Positions 49,100-59,550 are shown, numbered from the stretch's first letter. The stretch is 64,000 nt of DNA from an uncultured candidate division Zixibacteria bacterium (GCA_963806185.1 CAWDXE010000004.1:224001-288000), one strand, 5' to 3'. Made by a program: numbers and translations. The notes: a model not told the origin generated them from the letters alone.

Positions 49100-50140
49100 A
49101 TGAAACAGCACGTATCACTCACGATCGGCGCCGGCCTTGTTCTCGGTATCCTGACACTCTCGTGCTCAGCTGATAAAGACAATGCGCACGAGCAGCGACC
49201 CATCGCCGTCAACGCACAGATTCTTGCGCCTACCTCTCAGGACGTAGTCACGACCTTCACCGGCAATCTCGAGGGGCGTGAACAATCCGTTCTCTACGCC
49301 AAACTATCTGAGACCGTGGAAAAGGTACTGGTGAAAGAAGGACAACGGGTACAGGCCGGTCAAATTCTGATCTCCCTCGACAAGTATGGTCCGTCCTCGC
49401 GTTATAATGAAGCACGGTCCGTCTTCACCAACGACGAAAAGAACTTCAAGAAGATGGAATACCTCTTCAAAGAGGGCGCCGTCTCGGAGTCGCAATTTGA
49501 CGGCGCGCGTACGCAGTACGAAGTCAGCAAGGCCAATTTTGACGCTGTCCAGCGACTCGTCGAAATCCACTCACCGATCAACGGTACGGTGACCGCCATT
49601 GACATATCGCTGGGGGCGCAGGTTGCAGCCGGCCAGCGCGTCGCCGTGGTAGCAACCACCGATAGCCTGCGCGTCAAGTTCGGCGTCAATTCGGAAAACG
49701 TCGGCAGTTTCCAGATCGGTTCCGACGTGACAATTGCTGCCGACGCCGTCGCCGACAGGGCCGCCGGCAAGGTCGTAGCCAAGGCTTCATCTGCCGATCC
49801 GACCAACCGGACATTCGAAGTTGAAGCGCTGATCGACAATGCCGCCGGGACCTTTCGTCCGGGCATGTTTGTCAAAGTGCACTTGGTGCGCGAACACCTG
49901 GCCAATGTAATCGTAGTCCCTCGCGAAGCTGTTGTCGTTCTGGATAATCATCCGGTCGTCTTTACCACTTCGGGAGGGATTGCGCGGAAGCAAGCCGTGG
50001 AATTGGGCACCGAAGTCGATGGCCACGTGGTAATCACGTCAGGACTGAACGCCGGCGATACCGTAGTGACTCTCGGTCAAACCTATCTTGACGATGGATT
50101 CAAGGTGACCATTGCCAATCTTGAGCGGGGCTCACTATGA
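49100..50140 (+). CDS. RND efflux periplasmic adaptor (MFP) lipoprotein
   Basis: Lipobox TLSC; VKEGQRVQAGQ, IHSPINGTV, FRPGMF, VPREAV. Confidence 0.93.
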   Translation: MKQHVSLTIGAGLVLGILTLSCSADKDNAHEQRPIAVNAQILAPTSQDVVTTFTGNLEGREQSVLYAKLSETVEKVLVKEGQRVQAGQILISLDKYGPSSRYNEARSVFTNDEKNFKKMEYLFKEGAVSESQFDGARTQYEVSKANFDAVQRLVEIHSPINGTVTAIDISLGAQVAAGQRVAVVATTDSLRVKFGVNSENVGSFQIGSDVTIAADAVADRAAGKVVAKASSADPTNRTFEVEALIDNAAGTFRPGMFVKVHLVREHLANVIVVPREAVVVLDNHPVVFTTSGGIARKQAVELGTEVDGHVVITSGLNAGDTVVTLGQTYLDDGFKVTIANLERGSL

Positions 50141-53100
50141 AACTGTCCGATGTTGCCATAAGCCGACCCGTATTCACGACCATGATGATGGGCGCCTTGC
50201 TTGTGCTGGGTGCCTTTGCCTACATGGCATTATCGGTGGAGATGTTTCCCAAAGTCGATTTCCCGTTTGTCACCGTCGTCACGGTCTTTCCCGGTGCCTC
50301 AGCTGAATCGGTGGAAACCGATATTTCCAAGAGGATCGAGGATGCCGTGAACCAGATTTCGGGCGTGCGCAATATCGTCTCCCAATCAAAGGAAGGGTAT
50401 TCGCTGGTCTTTATAGAATTCCAGTTGGAGAAAAACGGTTTCGAGGCGTCCAACGAAGTCCGCGAAAAAGTGGCCGGCATCAGGGCCGATTTGCCCGACG
50501 ATGTCGAGGAGCCGGTCGTCAGCCAGTACGACCCGGAATCTGAGCCGATTATCTCGCTGGCCATTTCCGGCCAACGCTCGCCCCGGGAAATCACCACGCT
50601 GGCCAAGGATGTGATCAAGAAGCGGCTGGAGACGATTTCCGGCGTCGGGTCGGTCCAACTGGTTGGCGGCTCGGAGCGCGAGATTCAAGTGATGGTCAAC
50701 CCCATCGCTATGGAGTCGTACGGTGTTACGATCAGCGATGTCCAGAACGCCGTGGCGGCAGCCAACCTGGAGATCCCGGGAGGACGTATTGACGAAGGCT
50801 CACGGGAATATCTGGTTCGCGTAATGGGTCGCCTGACTGATGTCCACGACTTCAATTCCGTCATTGTGAAAAATCACAACGGCGTGCCGGTTTACTTGAG
50901 CGATGTTGCCCGGGTCGCCGATTCGACCGTCGAGCAACGCTCCTTATCCCGTTACAACGGTCAGCCGGCCGTGTCGCTGGCCATTAGCAAGCAGTCCGGA
51001 GCCAATACCGTCGAGATTGCCGAGAAGACTCACGCCGTGCTGGCCCAACTCCGTTCGGAATTGCCGCCGGATATCAAGATCGAAGTGGTGGAGGACAATT
51101 CAACGTTCATCAAGGATTCCATCCACGAAATCGAATTCAATATCGAATTCGGCATGCTGCTGGCCGTCATCGTACTCTTTCTCTTTCTCCTCGACATTCG
51201 ACCTACCATCATTGCCGGTCTCTCCATTCCGATATCGTTGATAGCCACTTTTACAATTATGAGCGCCCTAGGTTTTTCGATCAATATGATGACCCTGCTG
51301 GGGTTGTCGCTGTCGGTCGGTATCTTGATTGACGATGCCATCGTCGTCATCGAAAATATCTATCGCCACATTGATGAGGGAGCCAAACCCTGGGACGCGG
51401 CCATGACCGCGACCAAAGAAATCGGCCTGGCCGTGATGGCCACCACTTTCTCCATTGTCGTTGTCTTTATTCCGGTCGCTTTCATGCAGGGAATTGTTGG
51501 GCGATTCTTCTATCAATTCGGTATGACGGTGGCGTTTGCCGTTACCATTTCGCTCTTCGTGGCGTTCACTCTCACGCCGATGCTTTCCTCGCGCTGGTTG
51601 CGCAAGACTCTTGGTGGTCATGGCGGAGGCTCGGCTACGAGCCGAAAGAGCGGGCTCTTTGGATCGGTCATGCACGTCCTGGGATACTGGAACCGGATGT
51701 TCGACTCCATCAAACCGGCCTACTCGAAGCTCCTTGCCTCGTCACTGCGCCATCGGTGGGTGGTCATGCTGATCGCCGTCGGTTCATTCCTGGTGGCAAT
51801 CTACCTGATCGCCTTCTCCGGGCTGATCGGAACCGAGTTCATGACGCAGACAGACGAGGGCAAAGTATACGTGTCCGTGGAAGCACCCCCCGGCACCGAT
51901 TTGACGAGCACCTCGGAGCGGATAGAACAAATTGAAAATATCGTTCGTAAGATACCGCTGGTCGTTGGCTCGTATGTGACCATCGGCTCCGGAAACGATC
52001 CTGTGACTGCCGGCCGCGTACTCTTCCAGTTAGTGCCCAAGGATGAACGGAATCGGTCGGCTACGCAGATGGCTGACTCGATTCGCACACTTATTACCTC
52101 CGTTCCCGGCCTGAAAGTGGCAGTGAGTCTTGGTTCCGGCCACGGTGGTGACAAACCGATCGAAATCTCAGTGAGCGGAGAAGACCTCGCTCAAATCAAC
52201 GCGCTCGCTCGTCGTTTGCAGAAAGTTGTCGCGAGCATCCCGGGTGCAATCGACGTTGACAACACTCAGGAGGAAGGAAAGCCGGAACTGCATGTCGTCG
52301 TCGACCGCAAGGCCGCCGACGATCTCGGGCTGAACTTGGCAACCATCCCATTGACCGTCCGGGCCTTGGTTGAGGGCGAAGTGGTCACGCGATACAAAGA
52401 AGGAACCGAGGAGTACGACGTACGCGTGCGACTGGACAAATCGTTCCGCGAGTCAAGCGATGAGGTGGGGCGTATACTGGTCGCCAGCGGCAAGGACCTG
52501 CCCGACGGAAGCAAGCTGCTCGTGCCGATCAATCGTGTCGCCGCTTTATCGAAAGAGGCATCGATCGGTCAGTACAACCGTCATAATCGGCAGCGCCGAG
52601 TGAGCGTCAACGCCAATGTTATGAGCGGTTCTTTTGCGGGCACCGTGAGCGGCTTGGTTATGGATTCCATCGAGACCTGGCAACTGCCGCCGGGGTATAA
52701 AGTCGAACCGGTCGGCGAACAGGAGATCATGGCGGAAACCTTTACGAATATTCTCAAAGCGCTGGCCATGGCGATTATCTTCATCTATCTCCTCTTGGCC
52801 TCGCAGTACGAATCCTTCTCGGACCCGTTCTCGATCATGCTCTCCCTGCCGTTGTCACTTATTGGCGCCGTGCTCGGGCTGATCGGGTCGTCATTCAGCA
52901 TCATGTCGCTCATTGGCATAGTGCTCCTCATGGGACTTGTGACCAAAAATGCGATTCTTTTGATCGACTTCGTGAAACAACAGCGCGAAAAGGGTGTTTC
53001 ACGAACCGAGGCGATTCTCATCGCCGGCCCGATCCGACTGCGGCCGATTCTGATGACCACCTTTGCGATGGTCTTTGGCATGCTGCCACTGGCGTTGGGT

Positions 53101-53289
53101 CTGGGCGCGGGCGCGGAATTGAGGTCGTCGATGGCAAAGGCGGTGGTCGGAGGCATTATCTCATCCACACTTCTGACCTTGATTGTTGTGCCGGTTGTGT
53201 ACACGTTGATCGAGGATTTCGTGAAGCTCTTTGGCGGCAAGAAGGCCAAAGCCACACTCCCTGAGGAGATATTGATTGGTCAAAAATAG
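50137..53289 (+). CDS. AcrB/AcrD/AcrF family RND permease
   Basis: AISRPV, GILIDDAIVVIENI, GLVTKNAILL, RLRPILMTT; 1050 aa. Confidence 0.97.
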   Translation: MKLSDVAISRPVFTTMMMGALLVLGAFAYMALSVEMFPKVDFPFVTVVTVFPGASAESVETDISKRIEDAVNQISGVRNIVSQSKEGYSLVFIEFQLEKNGFEASNEVREKVAGIRADLPDDVEEPVVSQYDPESEPIISLAISGQRSPREITTLAKDVIKKRLETISGVGSVQLVGGSEREIQVMVNPIAMESYGVTISDVQNAVAAANLEIPGGRIDEGSREYLVRVMGRLTDVHDFNSVIVKNHNGVPVYLSDVARVADSTVEQRSLSRYNGQPAVSLAISKQSGANTVEIAEKTHAVLAQLRSELPPDIKIEVVEDNSTFIKDSIHEIEFNIEFGMLLAVIVLFLFLLDIRPTIIAGLSIPISLIATFTIMSALGFSINMMTLLGLSLSVGILIDDAIVVIENIYRHIDEGAKPWDAAMTATKEIGLAVMATTFSIVVVFIPVAFMQGIVGRFFYQFGMTVAFAVTISLFVAFTLTPMLSSRWLRKTLGGHGGGSATSRKSGLFGSVMHVLGYWNRMFDSIKPAYSKLLASSLRHRWVVMLIAVGSFLVAIYLIAFSGLIGTEFMTQTDEGKVYVSVEAPPGTDLTSTSERIEQIENIVRKIPLVVGSYVTIGSGNDPVTAGRVLFQLVPKDERNRSATQMADSIRTLITSVPGLKVAVSLGSGHGGDKPIEISVSGEDLAQINALARRLQKVVASIPGAIDVDNTQEEGKPELHVVVDRKAADDLGLNLATIPLTVRALVEGEVVTRYKEGTEEYDVRVRLDKSFRESSDEVGRILVASGKDLPDGSKLLVPINRVAALSKEASIGQYNRHNRQRRVSVNANVMSGSFAGTVSGLVMDSIETWQLPPGYKVEPVGEQEIMAETFTNILKALAMAIIFIYLLLASQYESFSDPFSIMLSLPLSLIGAVLGLIGSSFSIMSLIGIVLLMGLVTKNAILLIDFVKQQREKGVSRTEAILIAGPIRLRPILMTTFAMVFGMLPLALGLGAGAELRSSMAKAVVGGIISSTLLTLIVVPVVYTLIEDFVKLFGGKKAKATLPEEILIGQK

Positions 53290-54904
53290 AGTCAATCCCA
53301 GTCGGCAAATGGGATTCACACCATTATATCTTGATTTTCTGGCGGGCCGCAGGCCCGCCAGAGACCTTTATCGTACTCCGTCGCCGGCCGAGGCTGCCGT
53401 TCTCGTTGATGGTCGCTCGTACGATCGTTCGCGCATTGTCGAGATCTTGCGCCGCCAGAATGTCGCCCTCGGAGCCGGGCAAGCCACGCGAACCAATATT
53501 GAAAGACTGGCCGACCAGAAAACAGTAGCCGTATTGGCCGGACAACAAGCCGGGCTTTTGGGTGGCCCGCTGTACTCACTCATAAAGGCACTGGCGCTCG
53601 CAAAGACGGCCGAACGATATTCGACCGAACTCAAGAGATCGGTCGTGCCAATCTTCTGGATCGCGGGTGACGATCATGATTTCGAAGAAATCAATCATGC
53701 GACAGTGCTGAATCGCGCTGGTGAATTGACGGAGATTCGCTACTCGTCAACGCCGAAAGCCGCGTTCCCCGCTTCACAGATCTACCTGTCGGATCAGGAT
53801 ATACTCGACAAGGCCCTTTCGAATCTGCGCGAGTCGCTCGGCGATAGCGATTTCACCCCCGCACTCTATGATATGCTTCGGGCCGACTACACCACCGACG
53901 ATTCCTTCGTGACCGCCTTCGGCAAACTCATGGCCCGCCTCACCGAGCAGTGGGGAGTGATCTTCTTCGACCCGGGTGACGCCGACGCCAAGCAACTCGC
54001 GGCGCCGTTCTTGCTCTCGTTGTTTGATAATCAGGATCAGGCGCGGCAAACGCTTCACAGCCGTAACGGTGAGCTTGAGTCTGCCGGCTATCACGTTCAG
54101 GTGCACAAGCAGGAGAATGCCGTTCACCTGTTTTACAACAATCCCGCGCGTGTCCCGCTCTGGCGCGAGGGAGAGGACTACGTCTGTGGCCGTGAGAAGT
54201 TTGATCGTACGACCATCCGCAATCTCATTCAACAGCAGCCGGAACGATTTTCACCCGATGCCCTCGCGCGGCCGCTCATGCAATCGCACCTGTTCCCGAC
54301 CGTCGCCCAGATCGGCGGACCATCGGAACTCGCTTATCTGGCACAGGTCAACCCGCTGTTTGAAGTCTTCCGCCTTCCCACGCCGTACTATGTCGCCCGC
54401 CCCAGCATCACGCTGGTCGAAAAACGGTTTGAAAAACTCATGGATGAGAACGGGATTACTTTCGAAGATATCACCGGCGACATCGAGCAGGTAGTCAACC
54501 GGATCATGACGAAATCATTCCCGCCGGATCTCGATCAGGGATTGCGCGCATTGCGAAGCGAAGTCGCCGAGCGCATCGCCAATTTCACCCAATCGTCGCT
54601 CTCCTTCGATCCGTCGCTCGCCGATTTCGCCAAACAGACGTCCGGCAAAGTCGATTTCGCCCTCAATGCGTTTTCAGAGAAGGTCTTTGCGGCTCACAAG
54701 AGAAAAGATAAAGAAACTCGGGACCGAATCCACCGCCTCGGTACTGCGCTCTATCCCGGTCACGGCCTGCAAGAGCGAACGCTGAATGTCTCTTATTTCA
54801 TTGCCAAGTACGGATTCGGAGTGGTATCGTTTCTGTATCAGAACCTGGGCGACGACGGATCCGAGCACCGCATCGCACATCTCGCCCGGATGGAGGACCA
54901 ATGA
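53276..54904 (+). CDS. bshC: Bacillithiol biosynthesis cysteine-adding enzyme
   Basis: AGQQAGLLGGPLYSLIKA, VPIFWIAGDDHDFEEI, FSPDALARP, IGGPSELAY, LQER; GAGGAG SD before TTG. Confidence 0.93.
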   Translation: MVKNRVNPSRQMGFTPLYLDFLAGRRPARDLYRTPSPAEAAVLVDGRSYDRSRIVEILRRQNVALGAGQATRTNIERLADQKTVAVLAGQQAGLLGGPLYSLIKALALAKTAERYSTELKRSVVPIFWIAGDDHDFEEINHATVLNRAGELTEIRYSSTPKAAFPASQIYLSDQDILDKALSNLRESLGDSDFTPALYDMLRADYTTDDSFVTAFGKLMARLTEQWGVIFFDPGDADAKQLAAPFLLSLFDNQDQARQTLHSRNGELESAGYHVQVHKQENAVHLFYNNPARVPLWREGEDYVCGREKFDRTTIRNLIQQQPERFSPDALARPLMQSHLFPTVAQIGGPSELAYLAQVNPLFEVFRLPTPYYVARPSITLVEKRFEKLMDENGITFEDITGDIEQVVNRIMTKSFPPDLDQGLRALRSEVAERIANFTQSSLSFDPSLADFAKQTSGKVDFALNAFSEKVFAAHKRKDKETRDRIHRLGTALYPGHGLQERTLNVSYFIAKYGFGVVSFLYQNLGDDGSEHRIAHLARMEDQ

Positions 54905-56031
54905 AGATCGGCATTACTTGCTACCCGGTAGCGGGCGGCTCCGGTATTGTCGCGACCGAACTCGGCCAGCAACTGGCGCATCGCGGCCACGAAGTCCATT
55001 TCATCTCGTACGCCCTGCCGTTTCGGCTCGACCGGTATCAAACCAATGTCTTCTATCACGGGGTGGAAACGACTGCCTACCCGTTGTTCAACCATCCGCC
55101 GTATACGCTGACTCTCGCATCAAAAATGGCCGAGGTGTCCAAGGCATTCAAGATTGACGTGTTACACGTGCACTACGCCATCCCGCACGCCGCTTCCGCG
55201 TTTCTCGCCAGGCAACTGCTTGAGTTTGACGGCGCAGTATCACCCAAAATCATCACGACCCTGCACGGTACCGATATTACGCTCGTCGGGTCCGACCCGT
55301 CATATTTTGATATCACCCGCTTCTCGATTAACGCTTCCGACGGTGTCACCGCCGTCTCGCAATATCTTGCCAATGAAACGAAGGACGTCTTCCGGATTCA
55401 GAAGGATATCCGCGTCGTTCACAATTTTTTTGACGGAACCCGCTTCCGCCCCAACACCGACCAGTGCAAACGCTCTGAATTCGCTAAAGACAGTGAATTC
55501 CTGCTGACCCACGTCTCCAACTTCCGTCCGGTCAAACGCACCATGGACGTTATTGATATCTTCGACAAGGTGCAGGCCGAACTTCCGGCCAAGCTTCTGT
55601 TGGTGGGCGAAGGACCCGATACGGTGTTGATCCGCCGAGCCATCAACAAAAAGGGACTTGCCGACAAAGTGATCTTTCTCGGCAACCAGAGCCGCGTGGA
55701 GGCGGTTTTGCCTTGCTCCGATATCTTCCTGCTCCCGTCGGCCGAAGAATCCTTCGGTCTTGCCGCGCTTGAGGCTCTTGCCTGCGGCGTACCGGTGATT
55801 GGATCGTCCGGCACCGGCCTCATGGAAGTGGTCGACGATTACCGCAACGGTTTCCTGCTGCCGGTAGGCGACACTACTGCCATGGCGCGCGCCGCTATGG
55901 CGCTCCTGCGAGATAAGGCCCGCCTGGCGGAATTCAAACTGGCCGCCGCGGCTACCGTGGCGAAACGATTCAACGCCGACAAGATCGTGGGTGAATACGA
56001 ACAGTACTACGAGGAGGTCCTCCGTGGCTGA
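54901..56031 (+). CDS. bshA: N-acetyl-alpha-D-glucosaminyl L-malate synthase
   Basis: MKIGITCYPVAGGSGIVATELG, LHVHYAIPHA, TTLHGTDITLVG, SNFRPVKR, ESFGLAALEA. Confidence 0.96.
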   Translation: MKIGITCYPVAGGSGIVATELGQQLAHRGHEVHFISYALPFRLDRYQTNVFYHGVETTAYPLFNHPPYTLTLASKMAEVSKAFKIDVLHVHYAIPHAASAFLARQLLEFDGAVSPKIITTLHGTDITLVGSDPSYFDITRFSINASDGVTAVSQYLANETKDVFRIQKDIRVVHNFFDGTRFRPNTDQCKRSEFAKDSEFLLTHVSNFRPVKRTMDVIDIFDKVQAELPAKLLLVGEGPDTVLIRRAINKKGLADKVIFLGNQSRVEAVLPCSDIFLLPSAEESFGLAALEALACGVPVIGSSGTGLMEVVDDYRNGFLLPVGDTTAMARAAMALLRDKARLAEFKLAAAATVAKRFNADKIVGEYEQYYEEVLRG

Positions 56032-56800
56032 GACGACCACTTGCGATGTTCTGGCGATTGCCGCGCATCCCGATGATGTCGAAATTTCCTGCGGCGGCAC
56101 GCTTATCAAAATGGGGAAGATGGGACGAGCCGTCGGTGTGCTGGACTTGACCAAAGGTGAACTGGGCACGCGCGGCGACGAACAAACGCGGCAGCGGGAA
56201 TCCGATGAGGCTTCGCGCATAATGGGACTCGCCTTCCGCGAATCCCTTGCCATGCCCGACTCAGCCATCGACTACACGTATGAAAGCAAACTGGCGGTCG
56301 CAAAAGTCATCCGCCGCACCCGACCCGAGCTGATTATCCTCCCGCATTGGGAACAGCGCCACCCTGATCACCTCGCCTGCACTCGTCTCGGCTATGACGC
56401 CTGCTATCTGGCCGGACTCGGCAAGATAGATATCGGCGTCGAACCCCACCGACCCAGAAAGATCATTTACATCTCGTACTATCGAAATACCGATTTTTCT
56501 TTTCTAGTCGACATCTCCGACGAATTTGAACAGAAAGTCCGCGCCGTCGCCGCCTACCAGTCTCAATTTGGCAACGAGCTGACCGCCAAACACCTCGCGA
56601 AATCGCTCCTGAACATCTTCGACCTGATCAAGAGCGGCGGCACCAATGTTTTCTCTCCCGGCATCAATATCTACGATCTGCTGTACACGCGCGCGCGGCA
56701 ACTCGGTCAGACCGTAGGCGTGCAGTTTGCCGAAGCCTACACGATCAAGGAACACATCCTGATCGAGGACCCCCAGAAGATGCCGGTCCGCTCCATCTGA
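56024..56800 (+). CDS. bshB1: Bacillithiol biosynthesis deacetylase (PIG-L family)
   Basis: GAGGAGG SD before GTG 56024; AHPDDVE, DLTKGELGTRG, RHPDH, AYQSQF. Confidence 0.92.
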   Translation: MAETTTCDVLAIAAHPDDVEISCGGTLIKMGKMGRAVGVLDLTKGELGTRGDEQTRQRESDEASRIMGLAFRESLAMPDSAIDYTYESKLAVAKVIRRTRPELIILPHWEQRHPDHLACTRLGYDACYLAGLGKIDIGVEPHRPRKIIYISYYRNTDFSFLVDISDEFEQKVRAVAAYQSQFGNELTAKHLAKSLLNIFDLIKSGGTNVFSPGINIYDLLYTRARQLGQTVGVQFAEAYTIKEHILIEDPQKMPVRSI

Positions 56801-56854
56801 CCTGTATCTTCATAATCCTCGTTTCAACGTTAGGTTCGTCTGGTCGGATTTTAG

Positions 56855-56884
56855 TTGTACGGCACCGCTCCTGTCCGCTATACT
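56855..56884 (+). promoter_or_regulatory. Candidate sigma70 promoter of bioY
   Basis: TTGTAC-N18-TATACT; AGGAGG SD downstream. Confidence 0.5.
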
Positions 56885-56913
56885 GCTCTTCAAATCAGGA
56901 GGATTTAAGAGCC

Positions 56914-57486
56914 ATGACGACCCGCACCACTACCGTATACAGCCTGGTCAAGCCCCATTCACTTCTTCGTGAACTGCCGTTTCTTATCACTGCGAATCTC
57001 TTGTTAGTCGTTTGCGGTTGGGTCGCCTTCAGCCTCCCGTTCTCTCCGGTTCCCGTCACCCTTCAGACCTTCGGCGTTACGCTGGTCGCCATGGCGCTCG
57101 GCCGAGTCCGAGGCACGGCCGTGGTCGCGGCTTACTTGATCGAGGGCGGCATGGGCATGCCCGTCTTCGCCGGTGGCGCCGGCGGCTGGCCCTACTTCTT
57201 GGGCCCTACGGGCGGCTATTTGTGTGGCTTCCTGGCCGCCGCTTGGGTGGTCGGATACCTCGCCGACAGGGGATGGGAGAGGAACTACCTGCTGTCTGCG
57301 TCGGCGATGACGGTCGGCCATGCCATTATCTTTGCTATTGGTCTCGTCGGTCTTGCGCGGTTTGCGCCCTCAGGTTCACTGCTGACTTTGGGCCTGTATC
57401 CGTTCGCAGCAGGAACATTGCTCAAGATTGCCGCCGCTGCCGTTCTGCTTCCTACTGTGTGGCGGTTCGCCGGTCGCACGCGGTAA
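56914..57486 (+). CDS. bioY: Biotin transporter S component
   Basis: PVPVTLQT, AYLIEGGMGMPVFAGG, GPTGGYLCGF. Confidence 0.93.
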   Translation: MTTRTTTVYSLVKPHSLLRELPFLITANLLLVVCGWVAFSLPFSPVPVTLQTFGVTLVAMALGRVRGTAVVAAYLIEGGMGMPVFAGGAGGWPYFLGPTGGYLCGFLAAAWVVGYLADRGWERNYLLSASAMTVGHAIIFAIGLVGLARFAPSGSLLTLGLYPFAAGTLLKIAAAAVLLPTVWRFAGRTR

Positions 57487-57694
57487 AGAATCTGCTTCAT
57501 CGGTCGTCGGAAACTTCGTTGACACACAAGTACTTAACTTTTTCTGTCAACGCGCTCTGAAATTCATGTATTTTCTTCTGTCATATCAGCTTCACTCAAC
57601 ATCTGGACAACATTTCGATTGAACTGGCCGCGCCGTTTGGCGTATATTGTATTAATGTTGTTGCAAACCTCTTACTTCCGTATAGGGTGAAATC

Positions 57695-58642
57695 ATGGCC
57701 ATGACCAAAACCGAATTTATCTGGATGAATGGCAAGCTGATCCGCTGGGATGATGCCAAAATCCACGTTTTATCCCACGTCGTTCACTACGGATCGTCTG
57801 TTTTTGAAGGGATGCGGGTCTATAAACACCCCCAGGGGCCGGCCTGCTTCCGCCTCAATGAGCACACTGAACGCCTGTTCGACTCAGCCAAGATCTATCG
57901 GATGCAGATCCCGTTTACCCCGGCCCAGATCAATGAAGCAATCCTCGAACTCTGTTCCTTAAATCGAATTGACGAGGCCTACGTCCGCCCGATTGTCTAT
58001 CGAGGTTACTCGACATTGGGTGTTGACCCGACCGGTACACCTATCGAGGTCGCCATCGCCGCCTGGCCGTGGGGCAAGTACCTCGGCCCGGAAGCGCTGG
58101 ATAATGGGGTCTCCGTCTGCGTTTCTTCCTGGAATCGCATCGCGCCAAACACCATGCCCGCCATGGCCAAGGCGGGCGCCAATTACATGAATAGTCAGCT
58201 CATCAAGCTCGAGGCGATCAGCCACGGGTACGCTGAAGGTATCGCGCTCGATATTTTCGGGCATGTGTCCGAGGGTTCGGGCGAAAACATCTTTATCGTC
58301 CGTCGCAATACGTTGGTCACGCCGACCTTCTCGGCGTCGATCCTGCCCGGCATCACCCGCCGCTCGGTCATCAATATTGCCGAGGATATGGGGTTGAAAG
58401 TCATCGAACAGGACATCCCGCGCGAGGCATTGTATTTGGCCGACGAAGTCTTCTTCACCGGCTCGGCCGCGGAAATCACGCCCATTTCTCAAATCGACAA
58501 TATCACCATCGGCTCCGGCAAGTGCGGGCCCATCACCAAATCACTTCAGACCGCCTTTTTTGATATCGTGAGCGGCAAGGCCAAGGACAAGTTTGGCTGG
58601 CTCACCTTCGTTCCGGCGGGGAAAGCGATTCCGGTGAAATGA
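57695..58642 (+). CDS. ilvE: Branched-chain amino acid aminotransferase
   Basis: IWMNGKL, HYGSSVFEG, AKAGANY, EGSGENIF, ILPGITR, FFTGSAAEITP. Confidence 0.96.
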   Translation: MAMTKTEFIWMNGKLIRWDDAKIHVLSHVVHYGSSVFEGMRVYKHPQGPACFRLNEHTERLFDSAKIYRMQIPFTPAQINEAILELCSLNRIDEAYVRPIVYRGYSTLGVDPTGTPIEVAIAAWPWGKYLGPEALDNGVSVCVSSWNRIAPNTMPAMAKAGANYMNSQLIKLEAISHGYAEGIALDIFGHVSEGSGENIFIVRRNTLVTPTFSASILPGITRRSVINIAEDMGLKVIEQDIPREALYLADEVFFTGSAAEITPISQIDNITIGSGKCGPITKSLQTAFFDIVSGKAKDKFGWLTFVPAGKAIPVK

Positions 58643-59088
58643 AGATTGCCCTCGGCGCCGACCACAAAGGGTATCAGTTCAAGGAAAAGGTCAAAGCCTA
58701 CCTTTTGCGGTTGGGCCACCAGGTGACCGATTTCGGCACCAACGGTGAGCAGTCGGTGGACTACCCAGATTTCGCTCTGAAAGTGGCCCGGGCGGTGTCC
58801 AATCACGACGTCGACCGGGGCATCACAGTCTGTTGGACCGGCAACGGCATGAATATCGCCGCGAATAAAGTGCGCGGCGTTCGCAGCGGCCTGGCGCTGA
58901 ATCCCGAGATGGCCCAGCTCACCCGACAGCACAACGATGCCAACGTCTTGGCGCTCTCCAGCAAGTACACACCCGAGGATCAGCTTGAGGAAACGGTGCG
59001 GCTGTTTTTGGAGACGCCCTTCGAGGGTGGTCGCCACGTTGCCCGGGTCGCGAAGATCGAGCGCGCCGAGAGTGAAGAGGGCAGGTAG
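58639..59088 (+). CDS. rpiB: Ribose-5-phosphate isomerase B
   Basis: MKIALGADHKG, DYPD, CWTGNGMNIAANK, HNDANVL, FEGGRH. Confidence 0.96.
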   Translation: MKIALGADHKGYQFKEKVKAYLLRLGHQVTDFGTNGEQSVDYPDFALKVARAVSNHDVDRGITVCWTGNGMNIAANKVRGVRSGLALNPEMAQLTRQHNDANVLALSSKYTPEDQLEETVRLFLETPFEGGRHVARVAKIERAESEEGR

Positions 59089-59129
59089 GTCGGGTTCCGA
59101 AGCGAGCCCTGCTTGCGAAGAAACCCGAC
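59085..59129 (+). repeat. GTAG-headed REP-like palindrome
   Basis: GTAG-GTCGGGTT...AACCCGAC; its TAG is the rpiB stop codon. Confidence 0.65.
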
Positions 59130-59141
59130 AGCAAGTTTACC

Positions 59142-59196
59142 GTTGCGTCAGGTCCTGCGCCACGTCTTCGTGCCGTGTGACCTGACGCTCTTTTTT
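59142..59196 (+). repeat. Palindromic repeat family A, copy 1, with U-tract (probable ilvE-rpiB terminator)
   Basis: GTT-GCGTCAGGTC...GACCTGACGC (10-bp stem) then TCTTTTTT; related copies at 59511 and 60976. Confidence 0.75.
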
Positions 59197-59231
59197 CTCC
59201 CTCTCCCTCTGGGAGAGGGTTGGGGTGAGGG
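59197..59231 (-). repeat. CCCTCACCCCAACCCTCTCCC-type short palindromic repeat
   Basis: Minus strand CCCTCACCCCAACCCTCTCCCAGAGGGAGAGGGAG; resembles a widespread intergenic repeat that I recall often lying near DUF559 nuclease genes. Confidence 0.7.
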
Positions 59232-59269
59232 CCTGTAGGTTGCTCCTCTTTGCGACAAGTCTCGAGGCA

Positions 59270-59303
59270 AAACCGTCGCATTGAGCGAAGTCGAAGTGCG
59301 ACA
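59270..59303 (+). repeat. Palindromic repeat family C, copy 1
   Basis: AAACCGTCGCATTGAGCGAAGTCGAAGTGCGACA; second copy at 60090-60123. Confidence 0.7.
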
Positions 59304-59510
59304 TTCCGTCAATCACCTCACCCCGCATCTCCGAAAAAACACCATTCCAGCACCCCGCCCATCCTCGCAAGGCGCTTCACACCTTCCCGCATAACCACAT
59401 ATCAATCCTCAATGTGATCATTGCACTTTGTTGCACCGCCGTACTACCAATTCGCTACAAAGTGCGGAATCGGGGCCCTTTATAAAGGACACCATCGTAA
59501 ACCCACCCCT

Positions 59511-59550
59511 GTTGCGTCAGGTTCTGCGCCACGTCATCGTGGCACCTGAC
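59511..59550 (+). repeat. Palindromic repeat family A, copy 2
   Basis: GTTGCGTCAGGTTCTGCGCCACGTCATCGTGGCACCTGAC, near-identical 5' half to 59142. Confidence 0.75.
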
